A stretch of DNA of 63,393 bases, the filler included, from Licmophora abbreviata (lineage: Eukaryota): assembly GCA_900291995.1 (NCBI GenBank). It is 14 parts of 14 records of this genome, joined end to end, with 100 filler letters (N's around TTAATTAATTAA, not from the genome) between each part and the next. Parts side by side here need not be neighbours in the genome. Positions count along the whole stretch, not along the records: positions 1 to 19,518 come from OLMU01004603.1; 13 more parts are not named here. One strand, written 5' to 3'. A program made the position numbers and the translations under genes. Of the stretch, positions 1 through 12,462 are shown piece by piece. The notes under the pieces are model-generated. The model was not told the origin of the DNA. It searched no databases and saw only the letters and a program-made list of their open reading frames with translations. The stretch's first letter is position 1; each line of letters starts with the position of its first letter.

Positions 1-864
1 GGGGNGGGGGGACGTGGCCAACAGGGGTATGATCTATTCGGTGCTAAATAGTTTCATGCGAGTGCTTTAGCCATAGCTTCGAGAAGAGTAGACAAAGATC
101 TCGGCAACCAGACGGTGCTCGGCAGAGAATGTCGAGTGGTCTGGCCGACGTGCGCATCCTCTGAGCCCTCACGCGGCTTCGAAAGCAACAAATGAGGAGG
201 TTATTCACAATTCGTTGATCAAATCCGGACCTGGCATTGCTTGCCGATGACAGGTCCGGTCGGCCCTGCCGATGACGCCTCGCTCCTGCTGGCTGCTTCT
301 GATGGCTCCGCCTACTATTCCTTGCTGCCGCAGGAGGAGGAATTGCAATCCTCATACGGCCTATGCCCGTCGTCTTATTATCAATATAAAGTACACTATA
401 CCATCCACTGGTAAAGTAGCTAGCTATTGCGTTTAGCGTCAACTCTCATCCGGTATCTGTTGTACCAGTGTGAATGACTGCGTCCCGCGCGCCAGTAATA
501 GTTAACACGTACGTGAAGATTGCAAGGGAGGGGGCGGCGGCGGCGGACGGGAAAACCTGCGCGCCCCTTGACCCAAACCAAGAACCAAGGCACCTACTAG
601 GTACGACCAATTGAACTCGATCAGTCAAGAAACAATTCGGAAAGAGCGTCACAAGCGCTTTCACTTTGTGTGCTATATGCAGGTCCCATCAGTAGTTTGT
701 TACTTGTAGTATTAGATAGCTCTTCTCTAAACTGACATTCGACATTCGCGCACCTTGCGCGAGGGTTCGAAAAGTGGCGCTAGAAAGAACCGAATCAATC
801 GCGAATCTTTTTGTCACAACGCTAAGAAGAGGTTCTCATCATCACATCACCATGATTTTTCACA

Positions 865-2115
865 ATGGGGAGAACGGATCGCGATGAGACAGAAGAGACT
901 ACTATCGTTCGACTGTCCGCACCGGATGCTATCGCTGTTCGGTTTAATGGAATGCCGCCGAGGATCAGCGGGGTCTCGGAGCAGGCTTCGACCCTCGTCG
1001 CAGATATCTTGTCGCCCGGACAGATTGTCCGTCGCATGGTCGTGCCCGGGAGAATTGACATGTCAGGGCTCATGACAGGGCACCAGCTTGAGGCTGTTTT
1101 GGAAAAGTACGATGACGTAAAGGAACCTAGGATTTTATATCTCACTGAAGATGTTTCGAGAGCCACGCGTCAGACTCGAATGGTTCTCACGCTAGAAGCA
1201 GGATCGATGGGTGTCATCTTTTCCGGAACGCCTCCCGTCATCACGAGCGTCCGGAATACATCTCCATTTGTCCGAATTTTACGACCTGGTCTGGAAATAG
1301 AAGGTATGCGAGTAGGAGACGAGTACGAGAATACAGAGCCCATGACGAGCCAGCACCTTGGGGCCATGCTGTCCCAGTACGTAGAAAGAGAAGACCGTGT
1401 GCTTTTGTTGAGAAAAAGGAGGGCGCGGCCGTCTCTCCCTGCGCCGCAAGCGGAGGTTGCTGCTGGTAACTCACAGGATACGCAGACAGCGCGAGAATCA
1501 CTTGGATTTACTCGGCAGGTGTGGCGTCAGGACTACGAATCGATGTACACTTGCCGAGCAGCGCGGAAATCTTGGGAACGCGCTCGGCTAGCAAGCCATA
1601 TAATTCTTGTCGTGGCTATGTTTGCAACAGTCCTGAGTATTTTTGCTGTTTGCAGTGGTGAGGAAATGGGAAGCGCGAGTAGTTGCTATCTGATTTTCAT
1701 GCTTCCGTTTATGGTATCATTCTCGGTCTCTGTAATGTTCGTCAATCTTTCATGGAGCAAGCGATCGATAGGCCAGTACTGCTCCAAGACACAGGCTGCT
1801 TGCAGCTTGGTCGTGCTCGCACTGATGACATTGATACTAGTCCTCGTAGACTGCGACAGTCTTGAAGAAGACTGGTGTGTTGCGGTGCCCGGTTTGGTCG
1901 GTGCATACGGTGCCGTCGTGCTAGTTCTGATCAATCTTCCATCCCTTTTCACAAAGGCAATGGAAGCGGACCAAAATCACGATGACTTGACAGAAACAGA
2001 AAGCATAGACGGGTCGGAAGATGGAAGCCAGCAGCTGAGCTTTGCGGCTCGACATGTACTAGAGTCCATCAACGAACTCGACGAAGGAGAAGCGCTTGAT
2101 TCAGAAACATCTTAG
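865..2115 (+). CDS. Hypothetical membrane protein: two tandem PDZ-like repeats followed by ~4 transmembrane helices
   Basis: 416-aa ORF. Two similar ~80-aa units (AVRFNGMPPRISGV...ILSPGQIV...MTGHQLEAVL...RILYL / GVIFSGTPPVITSV...ILRPGLEI...MTSQHLGAML...RVLLL), then four hydrophobic stretches and an acidic tail. Confidence 0.6.
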   Translation: MGRTDRDETEETTIVRLSAPDAIAVRFNGMPPRISGVSEQASTLVADILSPGQIVRRMVVPGRIDMSGLMTGHQLEAVLEKYDDVKEPRILYLTEDVSRATRQTRMVLTLEAGSMGVIFSGTPPVITSVRNTSPFVRILRPGLEIEGMRVGDEYENTEPMTSQHLGAMLSQYVEREDRVLLLRKRRARPSLPAPQAEVAAGNSQDTQTARESLGFTRQVWRQDYESMYTCRAARKSWERARLASHIILVVAMFATVLSIFAVCSGEEMGSASSCYLIFMLPFMVSFSVSVMFVNLSWSKRSIGQYCSKTQAACSLVVLALMTLILVLVDCDSLEEDWCVAVPGLVGAYGAVVLVLINLPSLFTKAMEADQNHDDLTETESIDGSEDGSQQLSFAARHVLESINELDEGEALDSETS

Positions 2116-2611
2116 GCTCGTCTAGACTGCACGTTAGAAAGAGTGCTTTAGCGATGATGCATTGTCTGATGCCGTACCTAGTACCAAACTCGATTAGAAG
2201 AAACAACAAAAGGTTACGAGAGTGTGTAACGTCTACTAGCTGTCATGGAAATATCGTATATTCAAATATGTATTGGAAACTCTTTTGGTGTTTTTCACAA
2301 ATACAGAAAAGTCGTCTAGAATCTCTATTCCATCGGTTTCCGCCGCGCCGAGATGGCACACGCGACGCAACGAACCACAGTGTGATGCGCCCAATGCCAT
2401 CACAAAAAAGTGGAAGGAGTTGACAGCCGAGACCCCCCTTCCTGATCCTCAGAAGAGCCACCCGCGACGCCTGAGTGCTGTCGAGAGCACGCATACCAAG
2501 ATCCGTCAGAGCAAGCTTTGTAAAGAACTATCGAGTCAGCCAAGTGCATTGAAACAGAGAAGACTGTCATCAGCAAGCTCGTAAGCGCTCTCTGAAGAAG
2601 ACCTCACTACA

Positions 2612-3310
2612 ATGGCGACAGCGCAACAGACTGTGGTAGAATCGGCAGCCGAGGAATGGGCTGGGCCGGTCGACGAGGCTATTGCTCGAGTACTCGAACG
2701 TAAGTGTAATGACTGAGAAAATTTGTCGCCTCTTTACAAAGCCGTTGCTCAACTGCTTCTCTCGCTTCGTCTATCCTCTACAGTGGACATTCAATTTCTG
2801 GCCATTGACTTTGATTGTACCATATTGGACATTCACACCGGTGGAAACTATAAGGGAAGCCTGGATGATCTACTGGCGCATGTCCGACCCATGTTTGCCA
2901 TGCTCTTGCAGAAGGCAGTCTCCAATGAAAAGCTGGTGGTCGCAATCGTCACGTTCTCCTATCAAGTAAATTTGATTCGCGCGTTACTAGAAAAGATTAT
3001 GGGACAGAAGTTGGCTGATCAGATTGTTATTCGAGGGGGAAGTGGAAGTGGGCCTAGCAACGGACAACATCAAAACGCCTCGTGGGCCTACCATGGGACC
3101 GGTGTCAAGACGGGAAAGCAATCGCACATGGCGAGCGCAGTGGAAGAGCTCGAAGGGGTGCACAAGGTGCAGTTGACGAAATCTACAACACTACTGATTG
3201 ATGATGATGTCAAAAATATCAAGATTGCCTTACGGGAAGGCGTGAGAGCTCTCTGGTTGAATCCGAACCAACCAGATCGGCTTGTACGGGACATGCAGAG
3301 GCTCGTGTAA
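2612..3310 (+). CDS. HAD-superfamily hydrolase/phosphatase (exons 2612-2699, 2784-3310)
   Basis: Motif I LAIDFDCT and motif IV LLIDDDVKN. An 84-nt GTAAGT...CAG intron (2700-2783) joins MATAQQ...ARVLE in frame to LDIQFLAIDFD. Confidence 0.75.
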
Positions 3311-3989
3311 ACCTGTACGGGACCTTCGTTAGATTGAAGCTATGCCTATGCAGTGATATGACTACGCTTGGAAGCGCTTCGTCTCTTGCCTCTAACTTAT
3401 AGTCTGTGCGGCCAGTAATTTGTGTTTTAGCTACCAATAGTCATCATCGTTTGATTGTAGCAAAATGTAGAGAGACAACGTCTGTCCGACGCCGTCTCCT
3501 TGATTGAAGTATTTTTACATAATTCTTACATACGTGATGTCAGTAGTATTTGTACAGGAATCCTCTGACGCCATCAGCCACAGGAGAGCAAAAAACTCGC
3601 GAGAACCTCAAATCGGGAGCAACAAAATTTGACGTCAACGTCTAGACTAATCGGGGAGCCCATTTGATCGACCGTTTGCATTTTTCAGACCTCATATAGC
3701 TCTACTTGACCTTCAAAGGTGTGTGTCTAGGCAGCGAGCTCATTGACTCGCTCGTATCTGTCCCTGTTTTGGCGAATTTTCGATGTTGTTTTGTTCTGTT
3801 TCTCGTTGTGACTTATCGTACATCGAAACTGGACCTATTGGGTTATGAGGGAAATAAATATGACGTGGCATGAGATAGGCCATAAGTAATCACGGTTCCC
3901 ACTATGATGATCCCGTCTCACCTTCGTCCGCTGTGACCGGCATTCGCCTCCTCATCAACGCAGGCTAATTTTCCTTTGCTTTTGTGACC

Positions 3990-6791
3990 ATGAAAGGACG
4001 CCGCGTAGCCTTGTTGTTGACGGGTGTGCTGCCTCTGCTAGCCGAAGATGATATACCAGCGGCTCCGACCATTCCGGAAGCTGTATCGGCAATCGTCGAC
4101 ACGAATGACGAAAACGACGACGTTTCTGAGCTTCATAATGCGGCCAAGGCATTGCATGAGGACGAGGCTCTGAGGACGTTGCCAGCACTTCCTTTTGATC
4201 TCTTGGAGTATGACAGAAGTAGTAAGGGACTCATGCTCGTGGACTCCATAGTAATGGATAATGAGGAGAATCAGCAGTGTCTGCTGGACGTTTACAATTT
4301 TACAGCGGCCGGGAATGGAACGGGCGTCTGCTGTAAGGTGGGAGACGACGCGGAGAAGGATAAGCTACCAGGGGACACGTCGTCAGCAGGATCAGTTCAC
4401 GACACAGACGCTGGCGTTGTATCATCAGACGGCACAGCTCACTCGGAATCTGTCGGGGATGAGTCTTTGACCGCTTCGGAAGAAGAGGATGACGAGGCAT
4501 CGCCGGAACGAGCGCTCATGGTCGATTATGCCAGCAAGTCCGCCGGAGGACTCGTGTTGGAGAGCTCACCGGCCATGAGTGGCACGTCGAACTTATTGAA
4601 CAGTGACAAAGACAAGTACGCAATCGCACCCTGCGAAGAGAGGAAAAAGGTCGTGATTGGCCTGTCAGAAGACATTCTTGTGAAACAAGTGAAACTAGCC
4701 AATTATGAGCGGTACTCATCGAAAGTCGAGACTTTTCAGGTTTTAGGAAGTCAGACGATGGGGAACTGGGTCGACCTGGGCACGTACACTGCTGAATCCC
4801 AAAATGGAGAACAGGCGTTCGATCTGAAAGAACCGGCATGGGCTCGCTACTTGACTTTTAGATTCATCAGTCATTACGGATCGGAGCACTACTGCACTGT
4901 CAGTCAGATTAAAGTACACGGCAGTACCATGCTACAGGGGTTTCATGAACAATGGCAAGAGAGTGAGGAAGAAACGCATCAACTTGATGATTTTGATGAG
5001 GATGATGACGTTGTTTTGGACGCCACGCCCACTGAGGCAGAACAAGATCATACAGACGTCGCAGATGAAGCTGAGGAATCCTCGCGGTTGGAAGAAGATC
5101 TCTCTAGCGCAATGTCTGCAGAGGCTTCACCAGACGATTGCGAAGCTGCCCTTGGCACCGGATCCTCGCAAGAGAACGACGGTACAAAGGCCGACGTGCC
5201 ACCCTCGTTAGAAAGCGAAGAGCAAAGCCAATCGGGATCCGAGTCTACCACAATGGATACACGCGCCGATGTCAATGACGAAAACTCGACGCCAGAAAGC
5301 TCAGTTTTGTCTTCAGAAAATGACAAGCTGCAAATGGCATTGGCTAGGAAGGAAGTAGTGTCTGACTCTGACCAGATAGACCTCCCCTCGGAGGACACTC
5401 TGCTGGCGCTACCACCAGCTTCTACCGCAAAGGCCGGAAGTAGCGGCACAACAGAGCTCGGGACGGACGCGATTGTGAAGGCTAGTCAAGTGACACACGC
5501 TGTCGCGTCGGTTGTTAAGAATGCTGTAGCGGAAGCTTCTGGCGCGATCAAGGCAATCAAAGATGCACCGACAGCGTCCAACGCCATTCTTGAATTGCAG
5601 GAGAAGCTCAAGGCCACGAACAGCGGGTTGACTACGGACGACGAGATCGACGATCCAGTCGGGGAAGTGCCGTCCTCAATTATGAATGTTACTATTGAAG
5701 TGTCCACTGAGCTGAGGACAAAAGTCTTATCCACTAGCGGCCTTGATACTGCTATGAAAGACGCAGCCGCTGATGACGATAGTGTGCCGACTGAGCAAAT
5801 CGAAGAAGGACAGGCTCATGCATTATCTACAAGATTGGAAGACAACGGTCGTCATGCGGATGAAATCGATTCAGCCACGTCCGTTTCAGTGCAGAACGGC
5901 GGAACTTCCTTTGGGAGCGCTGACGGATCTGACTCCCGAAACGGTGAGAAGCCAGTGGAGGAATCGGGGGACAGAGACGAGTCCTCGTCACAAGTGGATC
6001 TCGATCCCTCCCTAGCTGAACTGCTCGACCAGTTTCCGAGCGCCGCCTGCATGAAAAATCTGAACTTCAGCGATTTCGAGTCCAAAATAGTCGCGGCTCG
6101 AAAAGGAGGGTCAACCAGTACTCCTGCAAATGCTGGAGCAGGAAGATTGGAGCCGATTTTTAAGACGCTGACCGACGAGATCAAGTCACTCCAGATAAAC
6201 AACTCTGCCCAGAAGCAGTATTCGAAAACACTGGTATCGTGTTATCAACAAATCATGGTGAATCTCATGAGCGAGTTAGATGGATTACAGCGACAGCACG
6301 ACGTACGTCTGGCTGACCTTGAGCGCGCAGTGAGAGACTTGCAGTCTAAGGGCTTGATCACGGCATGGGACGATATCGCAAACAGAGCGCTCGTCATTTG
6401 CTCTGTTGTACTCGGTCTTCTTTCCCGTTGTGCTCAATTCCTTTGGGAAGGCAGTGTTGCAAAAGAAGGCTTTGGCCTTTTAGGATGGCTATCTGTGGTA
6501 GTGGGTGTCTCGCTACTGGTAGTCTTTGCAGTGCCACTTCGTCGCACAACGTCAAGGCCCTCGAACGAGAGGATACGAGACAGTCTGACGAAGCCACCGG
6601 TCCCCGATCCTCCAGCGCCGAAGTCTTCCTCGTTGCCGTCGACACCGACACTAGTCGATAGTATTGAGACGATGAATCAGGCTGTCAAACCTCACGATTG
6701 TGCGTCACAAATGGATCCGTCGACAAGCACCCCGGCCTGTTTCAAGACCGAAAGAAGACTCATAGCCGCTCCTGCTAATGAACAACATTAA
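3990..6791 (+). CDS. Mid-SUN domain protein (Slp1/SUCO-like ER membrane protein)
   Basis: N-terminal signal peptide; SUN domain DYASKSAGG...LLNSDKDKY...LANYERYSS...HYGSEHYCTVSQIKVHG; long acidic linker; coiled coil (IFKTLTDEIKSLQIN); C-terminal TM segments. Confidence 0.88.
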   Translation: MKGRRVALLLTGVLPLLAEDDIPAAPTIPEAVSAIVDTNDENDDVSELHNAAKALHEDEALRTLPALPFDLLEYDRSSKGLMLVDSIVMDNEENQQCLLDVYNFTAAGNGTGVCCKVGDDAEKDKLPGDTSSAGSVHDTDAGVVSSDGTAHSESVGDESLTASEEEDDEASPERALMVDYASKSAGGLVLESSPAMSGTSNLLNSDKDKYAIAPCEERKKVVIGLSEDILVKQVKLANYERYSSKVETFQVLGSQTMGNWVDLGTYTAESQNGEQAFDLKEPAWARYLTFRFISHYGSEHYCTVSQIKVHGSTMLQGFHEQWQESEEETHQLDDFDEDDDVVLDATPTEAEQDHTDVADEAEESSRLEEDLSSAMSAEASPDDCEAALGTGSSQENDGTKADVPPSLESEEQSQSGSESTTMDTRADVNDENSTPESSVLSSENDKLQMALARKEVVSDSDQIDLPSEDTLLALPPASTAKAGSSGTTELGTDAIVKASQVTHAVASVVKNAVAEASGAIKAIKDAPTASNAILELQEKLKATNSGLTTDDEIDDPVGEVPSSIMNVTIEVSTELRTKVLSTSGLDTAMKDAAADDDSVPTEQIEEGQAHALSTRLEDNGRHADEIDSATSVSVQNGGTSFGSADGSDSRNGEKPVEESGDRDESSSQVDLDPSLAELLDQFPSAACMKNLNFSDFESKIVAARKGGSTSTPANAGAGRLEPIFKTLTDEIKSLQINNSAQKQYSKTLVSCYQQIMVNLMSELDGLQRQHDVRLADLERAVRDLQSKGLITAWDDIANRALVICSVVLGLLSRCAQFLWEGSVAKEGFGLLGWLSVVVGVSLLVVFAVPLRRTTSRPSNERIRDSLTKPPVPDPPAPKSSSLPSTPTLVDSIETMNQAVKPHDCASQMDPSTSTPACFKTERRLIAAPANEQH

Positions 6792-6839
6792 AATCAATTT
6801 TCAACGGTAACGCATTTCTATAAATACACCACTACATCC

Positions 6840-9800
6840 CTAGAGACAATCCATGATGTCCTCGGTCCATTCAGCGCACTGGTTAGGGAAGCTGCTCGCC
6901 GCAATCACCAGAAGAGACACCAGCTCCTCGGCGTTTCCCCTGATTAGCTCGACATTATCTGCAGATAGCATTAGGTTGCGAAGCGCAGCACACGCATGTC
7001 CTTGCAGTCTTTCAGATTTTGGAAAGTTACGCATCGCAGAGATGATGGCATTGATCTCGCCTTCACCAGCGAGCATGACCTCGCTCGTTTCCAAATCGAT
7101 AACTATGCTCGACAGTGCACGGCATGCCTCTGCTTGCAGCTGCTCCGAGCCATAATTAGCCCACATGGCATACACGACTACATCGACACCGCCTGCGTTC
7201 CGAATTGCGGCCTTAGCGTGTGGTACAAACAAAATTGTGTGAGCTTTTACCGAGAGAAGAATACGAACGAGGAAAAGAAAGGTCTCTCACCTTGTTGTCG
7301 GAATTTATAGCTAATGTACGGAGACAACCACAACCCTGCTTCTGAACGTTTTCGTGGTCAAGGTTTGCGAGCATGCCATTCAGCACATGATAAATTCCGT
7401 TCTTTCTACCGAGCGACAATCGGTTGTAATCAAGCACGGCCAGGCTCCACATTGCGGCGAAGGCTCTCTCCAGTACAGAAGGTGTCCCGACGAAGTCCTT
7501 GAGAACCGAGATCACAACACGGACGCCTCCCGATTTCGCGATTGCCCGTTTGAAATCCTTGCTTCTCATCGATAACGTCTTGAGAACGTCGAGCCCAGCC
7601 TTCTGCACTAGGGAAACACCTCTCTGTCGCTTCATTACATCAATCACCGTCTCGAGCACGTTTGCGGCTGAGAGAACTTGCTCATCCGAGTCAGCTGCCA
7701 AATTGGCCATCGCCATGAATGCATATTCAGTAAGATCCACATTACTTCGAAACGCCTGAAGAGCATTCCCTAGGAGCATTAGACCCCCCTGGGACGCGAT
7801 CAATGATCGTGCCTCAGGATCATCGCTGAGGTACAACAAACAAGCACAGGTCGCAGTTTGAATGAGTTCATTAGACCCGAAACTTGTGAGTGCTCCTACT
7901 ACCGCATCGATTCCATCCGTCTCGGTGATGCAAAGCTTTGCCTGTAGATCACCAGTGCCAGATAGAAGCGCAACCATTGCGCAACCCTTTTCTTGGATCC
8001 CTTCGTATGTTACGTAATCGCGCATTGTTTCGATCCCAAGGACGATTCCTCCACATTGAGTGACGATAGCCGGAGCGATGGCTGACAGGTTGACAATAAC
8101 GTAGAGAATATTTTCAATGAGCTCGATGTTGTACTTGTCATGCTCAAGGAAAATGTCCATCACTCCAACGACCGTATCCATGCTTTCGTTTGAAATTGGA
8201 TTTCCTTCTATAGTCTTCTCTCGCATGCCGTCAGTGATAGCACCAAGGGCGCCAGAGGCGCTCAATTGGAGATCTGACTGGAAAGAACCATATTTGTCAT
8301 GGTGGACGCACATTGCACTAACGACACTCTCAAACATTGCTTGCAAGTCGGAAGCATTCAGGGTGAATTTGGTGGCCAAAATCCATACTATTTCGCATAC
8401 CGCTTTCTTAGTCCCGACGGAAATCGTATCCACTTTTAGCAAATATGCCATTCGTTTGACAATACAATCCATGTCGATAGGCGACCCCAACGCGGGATCC
8501 AAGCCAAGGAGTAAAGTCGCAAGAACCGAACAACCTCCCGCGAGAACATCTTTGTCTTCTTCGGCGAGTACAGACTCCATGATAACAGACATAAGGTCAG
8601 CGGAAAGCGTGGCTTCTGTCTTTGGCGATCCTATGGAGGCTGGTGAGAGGCTGAATCCTTTCGCTACCTCTTCTTGGCTACCGTCGACCAAAGAAGCAAG
8701 GAGACCCATTACATGCCTCTTTCCGGGCGCAAGCTCGGGGTCCTTGAGGACATCCACAGCCAGATTGATGACGCCCAGCTGTACCAGAGCATCGCGATTC
8801 TTGTCGCTTGTCCGAGCAATCACAGCCAATGCACGGCACGTATGCCCAATTGTGGAAGGAGATGGGGCTCGGATGTGTTTCACGAATGAGCTGACACCCT
8901 CCCCGCTTATAAAGCGATTAATCTTTTCCGGAACTTTCGTGCAAATAATGGTCAACGCCCGGCACGCTTGATCTGCAACAGCTTCCTCTGTCCCACTTGA
9001 TCGCATGGCACGAAACGGGATCTCGAGCGGAATCACTGACATTTTCGTATCTGCGATAAGGCTCACGTTGGCGAGAAAGCCGCAAGCTGCACAATGCAGA
9101 GGAACAGAATCTGAAAATTCTTTGGTCGATCTGTTCAGTGCCATGACAGCATTCTTCGTTACAGATGAATCGTAAAATGCGTTCACGAAAGACATAGACC
9201 AAAGAATGCGAGCAGCAGTTTCTTGTATGACTATGTTCGAAGCAAACTTTCCCATGGAAGCAACGATCTCTATGAGTGCGTTGCTTTCGGTGAAGTGCAA
9301 CCTACTTGATCTCTCCAGCTTGCTAAGTAGCTGACAACAAGCCTCATGAAGGATTTCATCTTCGCGGTGCGTCTTCATCATGATTGCAACATATGGGAAG
9401 CACCGCTCGGATGTATTCTGAAAGAGAGCTTCACCGTTCTTAGCATGAGGTATCAGTGAGGTGACCAACGCTGCAGCATAAACAAATGCTTCTGGAGTAG
9501 CAGAGCTTGTCCCGAGAACATGTGTACAAGCAGGTATCGCTCCGGTCCGATTGAGCTTGCGAAGCATTGATGAGGTGGACTTGCTATCCTTGCGGTCGAG
9601 CAAACGAAGGAGTAGCTTGATAGCCCATCCCTGCGCACCGAGTTCCGAAGGATGCCTGTTCATGGCCTCTACAATCTTAGACAAGCCACCAGCCTGATCA
9701 ATCTTTACAATATTCTTTTCGATCGAGATTGCAGCATCGTGGGTGTACTCGTCGTCGTCGTCGTCGCAATCATTCTTATGAACCAGACCATGAAGTGCTC

Positions 9801-10935
9801 TACAAGACCACTCGAAAACTTCCGGCGATTCCATGTGCGTGGTAAGGGCCTCAAATATGGCATCGATGCCTCCCACTTCGGCAATCAACTCTCTGTTGCC
9901 GTCACCGTGTGACAAGCACGCAAGACTTCCAACGGCCCATTGAACAAAATCTTCGTTCCCTCGATTACGAGAGTTCTGGAGGGCATCGACAATGTTCTCC
10001 AGGACACCAGACTCTCTGGCTTCAACTTTACTATCGTCGTCCGTGGCGGCAATTCCCCAGACCGCACTACAAGCTACAGCAAGTAGGCTTGACTCATTCT
10101 GAAATCCGTCCATGACATCTTTGATCTCGAACATAGCTCCTACTTGGTCATCGCCCAAGTTTCTCAATCGATGTAGGTAGTGTTTGAGGGCCTCAGGATC
10201 AGCGCCACTGGCGCGCATGCCCTTCACCACAGCCCACGCGTCGTCTTGCGCAAAAGCTCCGCCGGTGAAGTCGTCTGTGGAGATACCACTTCTACGTTTG
10301 CCCTGTAAAACGCGTTGTGAACGGAGATCGACGCCTCGTGCCGAATGACCACCAAGTGAGAAGTCAACATTGTTGAAGTGTTGAGGACTATTGGGAGACG
10401 GGACTGCTTTGGGCGTAGACTTTTTCTTCTTGAGAAGCGACAGGTGATCCAAGTTGGATGCCAAATCTTCGCTACTATTCAAATCACGCCCAGAGTTGTT
10501 GTTGTCGAGCGAACCGCCCTTTCTTCGAATGCTCAGGCGATCGTAGCCCGAAGACAAGTCGGTTGATGACCCTTGCTTCGAGGAGTCGGACCCTCCGGGG
10601 ATGAGAGAGTCAGGGTCCAGTGACGTATTACTTCCATACGATCTGTAAGAGTCCTGAAAACGCGAGCTATTCAAGCCTCGGCCCGATCTATTACCTTCCA
10701 GATGGGAAGGAGATAAAGTAGCAGCGTGGACCGCTGTGTCAGTGCTCATTTCTGATTGTTCGGCCATGATAGATTCCCATTTCGTGAAGACTAGAGCCGG
10801 TACTTGCGATGGATTGCACCGGATACATATGCCATTGTATACTTCATCGTTACTCAGGGGAAGACGACGGGCGACACCCTTCAGTTCATGCGTCCGGGTA
10901 CCACACTGGAGACAGATGCCTTTCCGAACAGCCAT
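6840..10935 (-). CDS. Large armadillo (ARM)-repeat protein with N-terminal CxxC...CxxC motif (intron 7212-7290; start uncertain)
   Basis: Many ARM units (GGIDAIFEAL...EWSCRALHGL; GGVRVVISVL; GGVDVVVYAM...QAEACRALSSI). A GTGAGA...CTAAG intron joins NSDNK to AAIRNAGG in frame. Confidence 0.85.
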
Positions 10936-11905
10936 TTTCTTCCGTTCAGAGGCAGAAAGCGCTGTGCCATGCTTGTTGAACAAGGGATGCCACCACCGCT
11001 TGAATTGGCAGGAAACGGTTGGCCGGAGCTAGACATGATGATGGTTGAAATGCGGCAGAAAGCAACAGTACATTCCGAATTCCGACGATCGCGGCACTGG
11101 ATAGATAGAAAGGCTTAGAGGGTTCCCCTAGGGGCAGCAAGCGACCTCGGAAATCGATCGCTGGATCCGTCTCTTTGCAGATTCAAATCACTCGTCGACT
11201 AGCAGTTCAGGAGCGAGATGCCCGGCTGGCTGTATCCAGAACTTTTGGTTTTCTTTCAGCAGCGCCAGCGATCGACGTAACTTTCGACCTGGGTACGAGT
11301 GAACAATGAAATATTTCCGAAGACGCAACCAACCAGCCAACTGCGGTGTGGTCTGTGTGCCGTGTGCCAGTGCCAGGGGTCATCGTGATATGTCTCTCTC
11401 TTTCTCATTGAGATGCTTATCAAAGAATGTGGCATGTGGTCATCGTGATGTTTGAATTGAGATGCCGCAGAGGCTTTTTTCGCCCTTCGCGCCCAAACAT
11501 TGAAATTCTAGTCGAACGAGTCGATTCGAAGCCGATTTGAAAGTACGAGTACAGAATGCAGAAAGCTAACTTGGGACGGGTGGAGATGCTCAGCGCTACT
11601 ATTACGTCCGGAGGAGGAGGAGGGGCTACAGCCAACAAGCTCTTCACACGTAGTTTCAAGTTGCAATAGAGAGAGTTGTTCCCTTTATTGAAACCGTACG
11701 ACAAGAGTTGCTCCATTGACTGCCCAACGAGTCGCATCTTTCAAGACGGTCATACCGCGTATGGTCTACTCGCTCCTTTCCCTCTGGAGTAATGCAATGG
11801 ACTCTTGTGGCGTCTTACGACACCTTCACCCGCCTGACGACTCTGTTGCTGACATCGCTCCTAGCTAGCAGCTAGCACGGCGCAGAGCATTGGTTCCATG
11901 GTATT

Positions 11906-12118
11906 TTATCCATTCTTTGCATTCCTCCGAAACTCTTGGATTACCGCAACGATGGCATCAGGATGAACACCGACTTTCAAAAGCTCGACCACTGCCGACA
12001 ATGCCAAAGGGCTTAGTCCGGTTTGAAGTATGTTGGACATTTGGTACGCCGAATCCATTACTTCAGGAGACGGAACTGTCTCGTTCGCATTGCCAGATTC
12101 ATTCACTTCGAATCTCAT
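11906..12118 (-). CDS. MZT1: MOZART1 (gamma-tubulin ring complex attachment factor)
   Basis: 70-aa product containing MDSAYQMSNILQTGLSPLALSAVVELLKVGVHPDAIVAVIQEFRR, matching the MZT1/GIP consensus. Confidence 0.85.
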   Translation of the reverse strand: MRFEVNESGNANETVPSPEVMDSAYQMSNILQTGLSPLALSAVVELLKVGVHPDAIVAVIQEFRRNAKNG

Positions 12119-12462
12119 GACGGCGACTAATGCACGGTTCAATATGATGGAGAAAACGATGAATGTGCAGGCTGCTCTATATTGACGATGATGTCGTCGC
12201 TGATGATGTGATGCTGAGATGACGCTGACGAATGTCGTGCATGCAAAACCTTGTTTCAGAGTTTTCGTCGCATTTCTGCGAGGTCTTTGTATCGGTATCT
12301 TTGTAGAGAGATCTTGTGCGGTCGAGACTCTCATGACTCACGAGTCAGTCGAGTCACGAGATCCCGCCTCGCGATCGAGTGACGCGACGATGACGAATGA
12401 CGCCACAGAGAAAGATATGCCGAAAGGTGCCACAATCATCAATCATAGCATCAGTATTCACC

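Noticed and set aside
1..11. G-run with an N at the window start
   Set aside because: Low-quality contig end; not a telomere repeat and too short to interpret.
44..442. 132-aa minus-strand ORF and possible LTR/primer-binding-like sequence nearby
   Set aside because: Non-ATG start, no recognisable motif, and no second LTR or convincing tRNA complementarity.
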